Shown: in pieces, positions 26,605 through 37,107 of the stretch | Layout of the letters: each line of letters starts with the position of its first letter | Position numbering within the stretch: the stretch's first letter is position 1 | NCBI RefSeq assembly: GCF_000315625.1 | Contig: NW_005434664.1 | Coordinates: 588,167-652,166 of the forward strand | Reading direction: 5' to 3' | From: Guillardia theta CCMP2712 | Taxonomy: Eukaryota; Protista; Cryptophyta | Length of the DNA: 64,000 bases | Notes under the pieces: generated by a model | Seen by the model: only the letters and a program-made list of their open reading frames with translations | Told to the model about the DNA's origin: nothing | The model's database searches: none | Position numbers and translations under genes: made by a program

Positions 26605-27903
26605 ATGCACGCAGTTCTCGGAGGACTTCTCCTCCTCCTCCCGTGCACTTCTGCATTCCTTCCTTCCACTCCCTCCTCCCTTCTCTCTTCTCGTTCACTC
26701 ACCCTCAAGTCTGCTGCAGCCAGGCATGCCTCCCCTTTGCCGCGCCCATCCCTCGCTGCTCGCCCATCCCCACGATTCGCAGCTGCGCTTCGTATGGCGC
26801 ATGGAAAGTGCCGTGCTGAGTACATCTGGATCGGAGGTAGAGGAGGATGCGGAGATGACTACCGCTCCAAGACCCGTGTGTTGGATAAGCGTCCAACCTC
26901 GGTCTCTGAGCTTCCCCTGTGGAACTACGATGGATCGTCGACTGGTCAGGCCCCGGGAGGGGATTCTGAGATCTACTTGCAGCCTGCCTTCATGTGCGCG
27001 GATCCCATGCGTGGAGGAGACAACATCCTCGTCCTTTGCGAGATGATCGACCCGAAGAACAACCCCATCCCTACCAGCACCCGCAGTGTGGCTAAGAAGA
27101 TCTTTGACCAGGCGCCCGAGGAGGAGCCATGGTACGGTATCGAGCAGGAGTACACTCTCTTCCAGGACGGCGTTCCCATGGGCTGGCCCAAGTCTACTGC
27201 TCGTCCCTTTGACATTCCCAGCCCTCTCATGCAGTTCGGCTATCCTGGACCCCAGGGCCCATACTACTGTGCAGTTGGCCATGACGTTTCGTTCGGACGC
27301 CTCATCTGCGAGGAGCATCTCGAGCTTTGCCTCGAAGCCGGCCTTAACGTCGGCGGTATCAACGGAGAGGTGATGCCTGGACAGTGGGAGTTCCAGGTTG
27401 GTCCCTGCGTCGGCATCGAGGCTGGCGATCACCTCCACATGGCTCGCTTCCTCCTCCAGCGCGTCTGCGAGGAGAACGGAGTGATTGTCTCCTTTGACCC
27501 CAAGCCCATCCCTGGAAACTGGAACGGAGCTGGATGCCACACCAACTTCTCTACCAAGAAGATGCGTGCCGACGGAGGCCTCAAGGTCATCCTTGATGCC
27601 TGCGAAAAGCTCGGCAAGAACCACGAGAAGCACATCAGACTCTACGGCGAGGGCAACGAGCGCCGCCTTACCGGAACCTGCGAGACCAACTCCATCGACA
27701 ACTTCAAGTACGGAGTTGCTGACCGTGGTGCCTCCATCCGTATTCCCCGCTTCACCGATCGTGACGGCAAGGGCTACATGGAGGATCGTCGCCCTGCCTC
27801 CAACATCGATCCCTATGTTGTCACTGCTCTCATCTTTGACACCTGCTGCCTCAAGGGAGACACCACTGCTTTCGAGGCCTACAAGAACAGCATCCAGTTG
27901 TAA
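26605..27903 (+). CDS. GLN2: Glutamine synthetase type II, plastid-targeted, intronless
   Basis: [63 protein letters not shown] and [12 protein letters not shown]. Leader [21 protein letters not shown] followed by an S/R/A-rich transit peptide. Confidence 0.96.
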   Translation: MHAVLGGLLLLLPCTSAFLPSTPSSLLSSRSLTLKSAAARHASPLPRPSLAARPSPRFAAALRMAHGKCRAEYIWIGGRGGCGDDYRSKTRVLDKRPTSVSELPLWNYDGSSTGQAPGGDSEIYLQPAFMCADPMRGGDNILVLCEMIDPKNNPIPTSTRSVAKKIFDQAPEEEPWYGIEQEYTLFQDGVPMGWPKSTARPFDIPSPLMQFGYPGPQGPYYCAVGHDVSFGRLICEEHLELCLEAGLNVGGINGEVMPGQWEFQVGPCVGIEAGDHLHMARFLLQRVCEENGVIVSFDPKPIPGNWNGAGCHTNFSTKKMRADGGLKVILDACEKLGKNHEKHIRLYGEGNERRLTGTCETNSIDNFKYGVADRGASIRIPRFTDRDGKGYMEDRRPASNIDPYVVTALIFDTCCLKGDTTAFEAYKNSIQL

Positions 27904-28091
27904 GCGGTCGTAGAGCTCGATTTTGAATACACTTGCTAAACGTGATATGAGCGACATGATTCACGCCATCTTTTAGTGCAGTGGCTGCGGCGAATTGCAG
28001 CAATGTGTCGAAGACAAGCTCGTAGAGCTGTGCTCTGTGTTTGTTTTTGTCTTTCTTTAATGTTTGTAAGAAACGAGCTAGTCAGACTTTG

Positions 28092-30688
28092 TCAGTCTGC
28101 CGTTAAATCTTGTAGCGCATCTGAGCTGAGGCCGCCAAGGCTGCGACGGATCGATGCGTAGAACCTGCCATGAATGAGATGCGAAGGGCCCAGGCAAATT
28201 AGACCTGTTGATGGACGCATTGACGATCGAAGAGAGAGCATGGGAGAGGAGGAAGGAGAAGGTCTGTAGCTTGATTCATCCTCATGCTTGTCAAAGACGT
28301 CAGCAAGTTGCGTGCTCGGCAGATGACTGGCCTACCTCCGCTACTCGCGGATGATCGTCATCGTCCTGCAGCCATCGTTCGATGCGACGTTTCGCTCCCT
28401 TAGCAAACAGCTGAGTGAGCTGGTAGCCTGCTTGCCTCCACCTACCGGCGTGAGGTTGGTCGCGTCTTCGAGGTCGAGGCTCTGCACTTTCTCCTGCAAG
28501 AGGGGAAGAGGAGGAAGAGTCTCCCTCGCAACTTGCTGCTTCTGCTGCCGGAGGATTATCATCGCACTGTAGCATGTCAAGCATCACCTGATCTCGTCTC
28601 CCCGACGTCTCTACTTCTTCCTTCTTGCCGTGCACGGCTTCTGTGGTACCAACATGACGAGATTTGTTCACTTCGTCAAGCTTTCATGGAAATAGAGCGT
28701 GAATCATAACATTCTTCTTTCTTCGACATTACCTCGGCTCCTTCTGAATGATCTTTTCCTCTGCTGCAACCAAAGTCAAACCTCGTCCGTCAGTCCAGCA
28801 CATACACACACCGGTGCAGCTCGGGCTTCTTGTCCTCCTCGTCCTGCTCTTCAGGTATGGGCTCACTGGCTACCAGGGAAGAATTTCCACCCCTTCCTCC
28901 GTTGGCGACCAACATCCTTCCTCAAACATCAGCCAACGTGCGGCCGACAGGGCGATGCGGTCACTTGATAGGCCTCGCTGAGGACTTGGGGGGGCGCTGA
29001 GACGACCTGGAGGACTGAGAGGTCAGCCTGGAGCTCTCAGCCGAGTGAGCCGAGTGAAGTTTCGACGGGGAGCTGCAGGAGAGTCACGAGGCTCAGCAGC
29101 CCTGCTGTTGAACCTGAAGGGATGGGACGTGGATGCGCTCTTCATGGAAACTCCGTCGGGCTGAGCAGGGCATGAGCAACAGCACACGCGTTCACCTCTT
29201 TCAGCATGCAAGGCAAGAGGGAAGAGGTGTCACTCACGAGGTACTGAGACTCCATGAGAAATGTGGCATGCTGCCGACGTCCAAAGAGCCTTCCCACTCC
29301 AAACGAGACTAAAGGGAAGGGAAGAAGGGAGGGAGGGAGTGAGGAGTGAGGGAGGGAGGCGTCAGAACAAGTCAACAGATATCGGCATCCTGCTTACTTT
29401 CGACTTCCTTCCCTTCCCTGATCGCTTCTCCTATCGCACTGACCATCCTCTGAGGCCCCGGGATCAGTACCAGGGCACCAGGTCAGTGGCAGCTCCTCAC
29501 CTTGAAGGCAGTGGTGATGACATCCTTCTTCAGATTCTCCGAGTAGTTGATCGCCAGCTGTCAAGAGCCCGAACGTGTCAGCTAGACCAGCCCTCACCAG
29601 GTCCCCAGCACCTTGGCAAAGTTGATCTCCTCGCACTTCGCCTCTGGTAGCTCGGCAGGTTTGCGGTACCTAGGTTTCGGGATGAGAAAGGCCCAAGGCG
29701 CCGCGCAAGCACCGAATGCCGTATTGCTGGATGAAGTACTCGGACAGGCACACGTGCGGTCTTGCTACCCCGACCCCCTCGGAGCTTGCTCGTCCTCCTA
29801 AGTCAGCTCTCTCCTGCTCATTCGAACCTGAGCCGAGCCAGGCGTCTCCTCGCCGCTACCTCAGACTTCTTGGCGCCGAGTTTTCCTCCAGCCCATGTTA
29901 TCTTGAGAAAGTGAGGTATGTTGACCCCCTTGATTCATCAGAAAGTTATCTATCGGGACGGGTGGGAAGGAGGTGGAGGGCGATTGGCGGGGTACAGAGC
30001 TGAAGAGGAACGGCGAGGAGAGCAACAGCAACGAAGACGAGGACAGAGAAAGAATTAACAGAGGAGAGGGCGAGAAAGAGAGAGGAGATGGGGGGTGAGC
30101 AGGAGTGAGGCTGAGTTTCAATGCACCTGACTTTTACCCTCAAAGGTCGCTTTGATCCACTTGGTCAAGGAGTCCCAAACTTGTTCGTAAGTCTCTTTTG
30201 TCAGTTCGTAACCTGGCAACGATCGTCCGGAGCAAGAAGAGAAGAGCTCTTCGTTGTTGAACACCATCGTTCAGCAGGCTTCCAAGACTTTCATGATGTC
30301 TGTCACAGTTTCAGCTCTATCGTGTCAGAAATGTACTCCTCGACTATTTCATTCTACTCCCTCAAAGACCTCTCTTGTATTCTATCATACAACATTCAAA
30401 GCACGCTCGTCTCATCCTACAGCAGGTACGCCCCTTCTCGCATGATCCTCGGTCTTCTCAAGACCACGAGCACCCGAGGGGTCAGAGTCCAAGAGGAGCC
30501 AGGACCCTTCGTGTGCGAGTGCCGAACGTTCAGAGCTCGATTCACTGCAGCGTGTTGACAGTTCTCCATATTCATTCTCGACATTCTCTGTAACACTTAC
30601 ACAGATCATCTTCCCCCTGTTCCTTCTGTTCCTTCTTCCCGTGCTCCCTTGTACTTCCTCCCTTCCCTTCCTTGTCAGGTATCGCCAT
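28092..30688 (-). CDS. CCDC81-like (HU-domain) protein, probably flagellar or centrosomal
   Basis: Exons give YEQVWDSLTKWI..GVNIPHFLKITW, RPHVCLSEYFIQQYGI, CEEINFAK/LAINYSENLKKDVITTAFK/RMVSAIGEAIREGKEVE..FGVGRL, resembling the eukaryotic HU-CCDC81 domains. Ends approximate. Confidence 0.55.
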
Positions 30689-31425
30689 AGCATTGTCCGT
30701 TATCCGTCATCGGGTTCGCCTCGTCAATTTTTCGGGACCTATATGAAAGGCAGAAAATTGGCTTATAGAAAAGCTGTTTCTGCCTTTTTCTCCTTCGATC
30801 ACCCCTTATTTTCTCATCGAATCACCTAGGCCTGTCTGTGCATCTCTGTACGTCAAATCTACCCCACTGAGGCACAGGCTTGAGGGGGGTAGGGGTACCA
30901 TTGCCAGACTGTCCTATGGATTGTGTAGGGGTGTTTCTATTCTGGTGGTGGGATAGGATATGGTAGGGTACTAAAAGTACCCCATGGTTCATAGCCCATA
31001 TAAATCACATAAGTACCGGTATTGATTTTCAGAGTAGGGGTTAAATGATGGAGCAGGGTGTCCAGAGGGTGGTGTGGGGGTGGCGATGGAATGGGCTCAG
31101 TAGACGCCATGGCAGGAAGCAAGCTATAAAAGATGCAGAGTCAGCGACTTAAAATGCAGAGAGAGAGCATGACGACATGAACATCGCAGTGTCAGTGAAG
31201 AGATTGATTCCTACTACCGGATGATAGTCAGCTGATGTTCAGAATGAGTTTGTTTGTGGTGTACTGCTACGCTTCAAGAGAAATTCTCAACGTGAGATGA
31301 TACGGATTGTGGCACCTGCCATGAAGTAGGACGGTATAAGATTTGATGTACGAATGAGAGCAACAAGTGCACACACGCAAGAATGTCTAGACCTGGTACC
31401 GGGACTAACGATTCTTGGATAGGTC

Positions 31426-32691
31426 ATGGCATTTCCGTTTCCCCCTGGTTTCCCTGGTGGATACGGCGGCGGGTTTGGTGGACCGATGCGGATGATGGGA
31501 GGACGAGGCTTCGGACAAGCGAATTTCTCACAGAGATATCATGCTATCCCGGTAGCAGCAGCTGACAAGTCTGACACTTCCAAGCTCGAAGCAGGAGGCA
31601 AGATTATGCTGCCTCCGTCAGCTCTACAGCAGCTGTCATTGTTGGAAATAGCATACCCCATGCTCTTCGAGATTACTAACAGAGCCAATGGTCGCAAGCT
31701 GCACTGTGGCGTTCTAGAATTCATCGCCAACGAAGGCAGTGTGCTGATGCCGCATTGGGTGAGTAACCATGTGTTCCTCTGGGTTGATCGTCTGAACTCT
31801 CGCAGATGATGCAAAATCTTGGTGTGGACCATGGCGACCTGGTCACCGTTGAGAGCGCCACACTTCCGAAGGGTCAGTATGTCAAGTTGCGGCCACAGAG
31901 CAAAACGTTCTTGGACATAGCGAATCCCAAGGCTGTCCTTGAGAATACTCTACGAAGTTTCTCAGCACTGACGAAAGGCTCGACCATCCGAATTCATTAC
32001 AACAACAAGCAATATGACATAGATGTTGTGGATATCAAACCACGAGACACAGGGGCGATTTCCATTGTCGATGCTGACGTCAACGTGGATTTTGATGCTC
32101 CGGCTGATTATGTCGAGCCAGTCCGAGTGCCAGAGCCCCTAAGATGCATGTATCCTTAGAATTCCTCGTTGTCCCACACCCATTTCAACTTACAATTGTT
32201 GCAGTTTTTTGCGGACCTTGAAAATCCTGAAAACGAAGAGATAGATGCTAACAACAAGACGGTGCGTTGTTGTGTTCTTCATTCATTTCACTTCTTGGGA
32301 GTAATCACACCTTTCGATAGATAAAGGCATTCACCGGCACAGGATCACGACCAAACGGCAAAGCGGTTGACGGCGGAGGGTAAGCTCCGGTGAATGCGAG
32401 ATGTTTACAAGCTGACGAATGCGTAGAAGCAGCGAAATGCAAACCGACACCGTTACTCCACAGAAGAAGGTGGAACCTCAATAGCGTCTCGCACTTCATA
32501 ACTTTGCATGGCAGCCGGCATTACAATGGAAACTGCGATTCGAAAGACACGGAGGAATGCAGCCCTCACTCGATGGCAAGGTACGACGTCAGATCCGAAG
32601 CCTTCTGAGTCTGATCGCCTGGCAGGGTGCTGTAGGGGAGGCTGACAGCTTTGCAGCCTTCAAAGGCGAGGGACGATCGCTCAAAGGATAA
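31426..32691 (+). CDS. UFD1: Ubiquitin fusion degradation protein 1 (p97/Cdc48 cofactor), host cytosolic type
   Basis: GGKIMLPPSAL, YPMLFEI, HCGVLEFIANEG, MPHWMMQNL, LPKGQYVKLRPQS, FLDIANPKAVLENTLR and VDFDAP; C-terminal SHP box FAAFKGEGRSLKG*. Confidence 0.95.
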
Positions 32692-32744
32692 TCCTCTATG
32701 AGGCTTCATGACTTGCTTTTTAAGCCTTGATCAAATCATGTACA

Positions 32745-34367
32745 TTACCCACTAGAAGCCTCCAAACAGGGATGGCAGCAAGCCATGAATACTAGAGCTC
32801 CCGCACCTGTCGAGACTTGTTAGCCTCTCCATGTTGGGAACACATACAAGACCTGCTGATGGCTCGAGACTTGCTGAACAATTGGCAGCCAGCACAACTA
32901 CCGATGAAGTTCTGGCAAAAATCGATTAGAAGTAGATACGGATTTGGAACTACATCGAGCCTCTACTTACTTGATCGGAATATCCGTGACAGCCAATGAA
33001 TCATTCATTCCATCCGAGTTTGCTCGGAGCTGTGCCTGGCCTTCCACACAAATCAATATCCTTGGAGCAACTGAATTGCCAAGATCGACTGCCCTCGAGC
33101 TCAACTGTCAAGAAAAATCAGATCACAGGCGTCAGCAACGGTACTCTTGCCTCGATGCGAGCTAAAGAGAACTCGGGGAAGTCATGCCCCGGAGGCGCAT
33201 AAACGCGCATTCCTTCCCTGGCCTCTCCCTCCATGATCTCAGCTGGCCCCGATCGCTCATAGTCCAGCATAGAGCACAAGGTTGCCACGTCTTTGAACTT
33301 GGGAGTGAACCCAGCTCGGACCTGTCGAAGCGTCAACCTCCCGCTTGACGAGAGGCCTTCGATGGCTCACCACATTGTCCGACGTCGCCATGATCTCCAT
33401 GCAATCCCCGGAGAGGTAAGCGTGAGGAAGGTTGGGACCAAGGAAGAGAGCTTGCCCCGGCCTGAGCTTCACATGGTTCAAGAAGAAAATGTTGAAGAGG
33501 CCGACGTCAAGAGGGAATTGCTCGTTGATCCGAAGGACTAGCTCCTCCACGTCCCTGTGAAACGTATGAGGAGAGGAACAACATTTATATGTTGTGCATC
33601 AAAAGATCATCATCGTTACCTGAGTTTTTGACTTGACTTCAAACGGTCCACCATCTTGCTTGCCTGATGCTTTACCCGGTCTTCAGGACTTGACATCACC
33701 ATGTTAAATGCTTGTTTAAGAGCCTCTGCTCGCGATTGAGCATCCTTGTCTAGGCTTGACTCCATCAGTTTCACCGTATCCTGACCAATCAGCTCCTTCA
33801 ACTCCGGCACGGCACCAACATTCTCCACAATTTCGTCTAATTTTCGAAATCCGCAGAGACCTTCGAATTCGGTCACAGCACACGCAAGCTCTGGCTTGTG
33901 GTTATCATCGGGATAGTTCGGCTTATCCCTTGCATGTAGAAGCTTTGCCAGCCTGCGATCAAGATCTTTTTCAGAATGTCTCATCTCATCAGCTCGCATG
34001 GTAAATCTCACGTTTTGTCAGGGTGCGCTTGAATTGACAACGCCTTTGCAACAGAAAGACACTTGAAGAGATACGGCAAGTCTCCTCCGAACATGCCAGC
34101 CTTTGAACCCATGAAAACCTCGTTTAGACGGAGAAATTCGCCCAGCACCATCCCGCTCCACCCGTCTTCGAGCACCACCGAGGGTGCCTTCGGATGCGTT
34201 CCCATCCAGAGCTCAGCGAAGGGCTTCTCTTCCGCTACTTGTGCGTTAGCCATCCTCGCAACGAGGCTGCTCTGTCCTCCCCCTCTCACCCCCCACTCAT
34301 AGTTCTGCACCGCAGGCTCTAACTTGGCGGCTGCCGGCACCTTCGCTGCCGTCGCGTTGCCCTGCAT
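32745..34367 (-). CDS. MPI: Mannose-6-phosphate isomerase, type I
   Basis: VQNYEWG, AELWMGTHP, LPYLFKCLSVAKALSIQAHPDK, YPDDNHKPE, LCGFR and [30 protein letters not shown]. Confidence 0.96.
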
Positions 34368-34628
34368 GGAAACAGAGGCGTCGAGAACTTTTCAGTCAAC
34401 GTGAAAAAAAGAAAACGAAGTGATAGCAGAAAGATGGCAGGAAAACGAGGAGAGCGAGGTCGGGGCTGGGGAGGGGAGCGAAAAGAGGAGACAGGAGGGA
34501 ACAGGAAAAAGGACAATCGACGGATGAGATGCTATTGATTGTTGTTCAGGGATCCTGTTGGTTGTACTTCAGGGAAGGAGAAAATTCTGAGTTTATTCCT
34601 TCAACTATATGGATCTATCAGTTTTAGC

Positions 34629-36659
34629 TCAGAATTTCGTGCCCATGGCACAAAAACCTCCCTGAGAGGAGAGAAATCATCAGAGAGATATCGTAGGGAC
34701 CAGATGCAGCAAAGTGAATTACCTGTCTTCGTGGTACTTAAAGCAGAAAGCGTCCATCGCTCCAGATGTAGAAGAATCGTCAGTCTGCAGAATTTCTGTC
34801 AAGAGTTGGTTGGATGGCTCGAAGGCCGATCTCACAGCAGCACAAGGGTGCCCGAACTGACAAACCCACACAGAGTAGTCTTCATCCATGAGGACTCCTA
34901 GTCCTCCTGCAAGTGCAGTCAAGGTGCCAGTAGAGGAGCGAAGAAGTGATCTCATAGGCTCACCAGTCGCGAACGAGAGCTTCTCTCGTTTACCAGTCAT
35001 GTGCTTGCGCGAGACTATCTCTTCCCATGTGGCATTCAGAACGCAACCCGGCGACTCGGAGCTGACGTTGAGAGGGGGAGGAGACGATGCTTCAGAAGCA
35101 CAGCCAGTCGTGTTGACGGGCGGTATCAAGTCACAGGCGACACAAACATCTCGCACAGCGATCTTCCTGACTCTCTCGTTGTTGAGGTCTGCCACGTAGA
35201 CAGTCAAGCCGTCGGGAGACACGGCGATGGCGGCAGGCGTGTTGAAGCTTGACTCGGAGGGAGGGCCGTCTGAGAAACTTTGATTGCCCGACCCCGCGAG
35301 GGTTCTTGTCCAGCCATCTGCCAGGCGGACCTGACGGATCCTCTGACTGAGAGAGTCTGCGATGTAGAGATAGCGCCCGTCAGGCGATGCTGCAACTGAG
35401 AGAGGAGTAGAGAGAGACACCGTGGCTGCTTCTCCGTCAGCGGAACCTAGGTCTCCCTTCCCCACCAGCGTCAACGTCGCGCCGCTAGTAGTGTTGACTT
35501 TTCTGACTCGATTGTTGCCGGAATCAGCAACATACAACCACTGTCCATCGGGCGATGTCGAGACGCCGCACGGCTGGTTGAAACTCGAGCTGTTCCAGTC
35601 TCCGTCCGCAAACCCTGGGGTCCCTGTGCCGGCGAGGGTCGTCGTTGAACCATCTCGCATGCTCACCTTGCGGATCCTGTGGTTGTCTCGATCCCCGACG
35701 TAGAGCCACAAGTCATCGGGAGACAAGGCCAGCCCGTACGGGCAGTTGAATCTTGCAGCACCAGCTGCACCGTCAGCGAAGCCTTGCGAGGATCCAGCGA
35801 TGGTGCTGACGTGCTGTTCCAACATGTAGACCTTCCTGATGAGATGGTTCTCGCACTCTGAGACATACACGTTTCTGCCATCTGATTTCGGCGCCAGCCC
35901 TGTAGGAGAGATTCTCGCAGTGGAACTTGTTCCATCCAGTACTCCGGGAGCGCCTGAACCAGCCAACGTCTTGGTGGCTCCATGCCCCACATGCACTGCC
36001 CTGATCTTTCGATTATATCGATCTGCCACGAACAACTGCTGCCCGTCCAACGAGACCGCAACACCCCAGGGACCGTCGAACTCAACAACAGTAGAGTCCT
36101 CCGCGTCCGCAAAGCCACTGATGCCATTTCCAGCTAGAGTCTCCACCTGCTGTGCTACCGTCTCGTTGTGAAGATCGCCGCTGCATGGGACGTCTTCTCG
36201 TTTGCATGCTTGAAGCAGGGAGCCTTCACCGGAGAGAACTCCGTGAGATCCTTGGGGACAATCCGCACAAGGTAAGTCTGCTCCTCCTCCGTACTTCCCG
36301 ATTGCACATACGGTACAGTTCGAGGAACCGATCGGGCCTGAGGTACCAGGAGGGCAGTGACAACCTGCAAGTCCAGGCTGATCTGTGCACCAAGCAGGGT
36401 ACGCCCAGTTACTTCCTATACAATACTTCTTGGATGTATCGCAACCAGTCAAACGAATGTGTCCGCCACCACTGCAACTGCCGTAACAAGAAGAGCAGTA
36501 GCCTTTAGTGGGATAGGGATCGTTTGCAGACCAAATCTTGGAGCAATCGCTATTTTGTGTGCAAGGCTGACCCATGCAAAGCGACTCCACACGATGAGGC
36601 TGCAGAAGCATGATGCTCAAGATGGCGCTGGCCAGCCACATGTACGGCGAGGCCTTCAT
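34629..36659 (-). CDS. Secreted Cys-rich plus NHL-repeat beta-propeller protein
   Basis: Signal peptide, Cys-rich CPPGTSG..C..CAIGKY segment, then about 6 NHL repeats (FDGPWGVAVSLDGQQLFVADRYN, FNCPYGLALSPDDLWLYVGDRDN, FNQPCGVSTSPDGQWLYVADSGN). One 646-codon exon; 3' end approximate. Confidence 0.85.
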
Positions 36660-36861
36660 CTTCCAGCAGAGCAGACGTCTGCTCTCGACCCGCTGTCAAG
36701 GGCTCTTGCTGGACAGGTTCAACCTCTTGCTGGAAACAACGGTTGTTGCACGGTATTCCTTTTGGTTTACTTAAAGTTAAGTTAAATCATTAGTTACGGT
36801 GAAGGTATTATAGTCAATATTTTATAATATGGCTGGATTGGACGCTTCTCGGGATAGCAGC

Positions 36862-36896
36862 GGAGGAGGAGGAGGAGGAGGAGGAGGAGGAGGAGG
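36862..36896. repeat. (GGA)n microsatellite
   Basis: About 11 perfect GGA units in a divergent intergenic region. Confidence 0.95.
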
Positions 36897-37107
36897 GAGG
36901 TACGAGTGAATCCGATGGACGCAGCAGGACTGTAGGTAGAGGCTGAGAGCCGCTGAGAGGCGCTCAGTGAGAGGCGCCGGTTCGGCTCAAACCATGAATG
37001 AATCGGAAGTGATGGCTTTGTTGCAAGGAGTGGCAACCATGAAGTCTTGATCTTTGAGGTCTGTATGACAAGGTGACACCCGCCGAGAGAGACATATCTT
37101 AAGAAGC

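Noticed and set aside
26695-27957. 420-aa antisense ORF over glutamine synthetase
   Set aside because: Shadow ORF explained by the codon bias of the sense gene; no recognisable motifs.
31426-32691. UFD1 as the symbiont-specific SELMA copy
   Set aside because: The N-terminus is Gly/Pro/Phe-rich with no signal peptide, so it looks like the host cytosolic copy.
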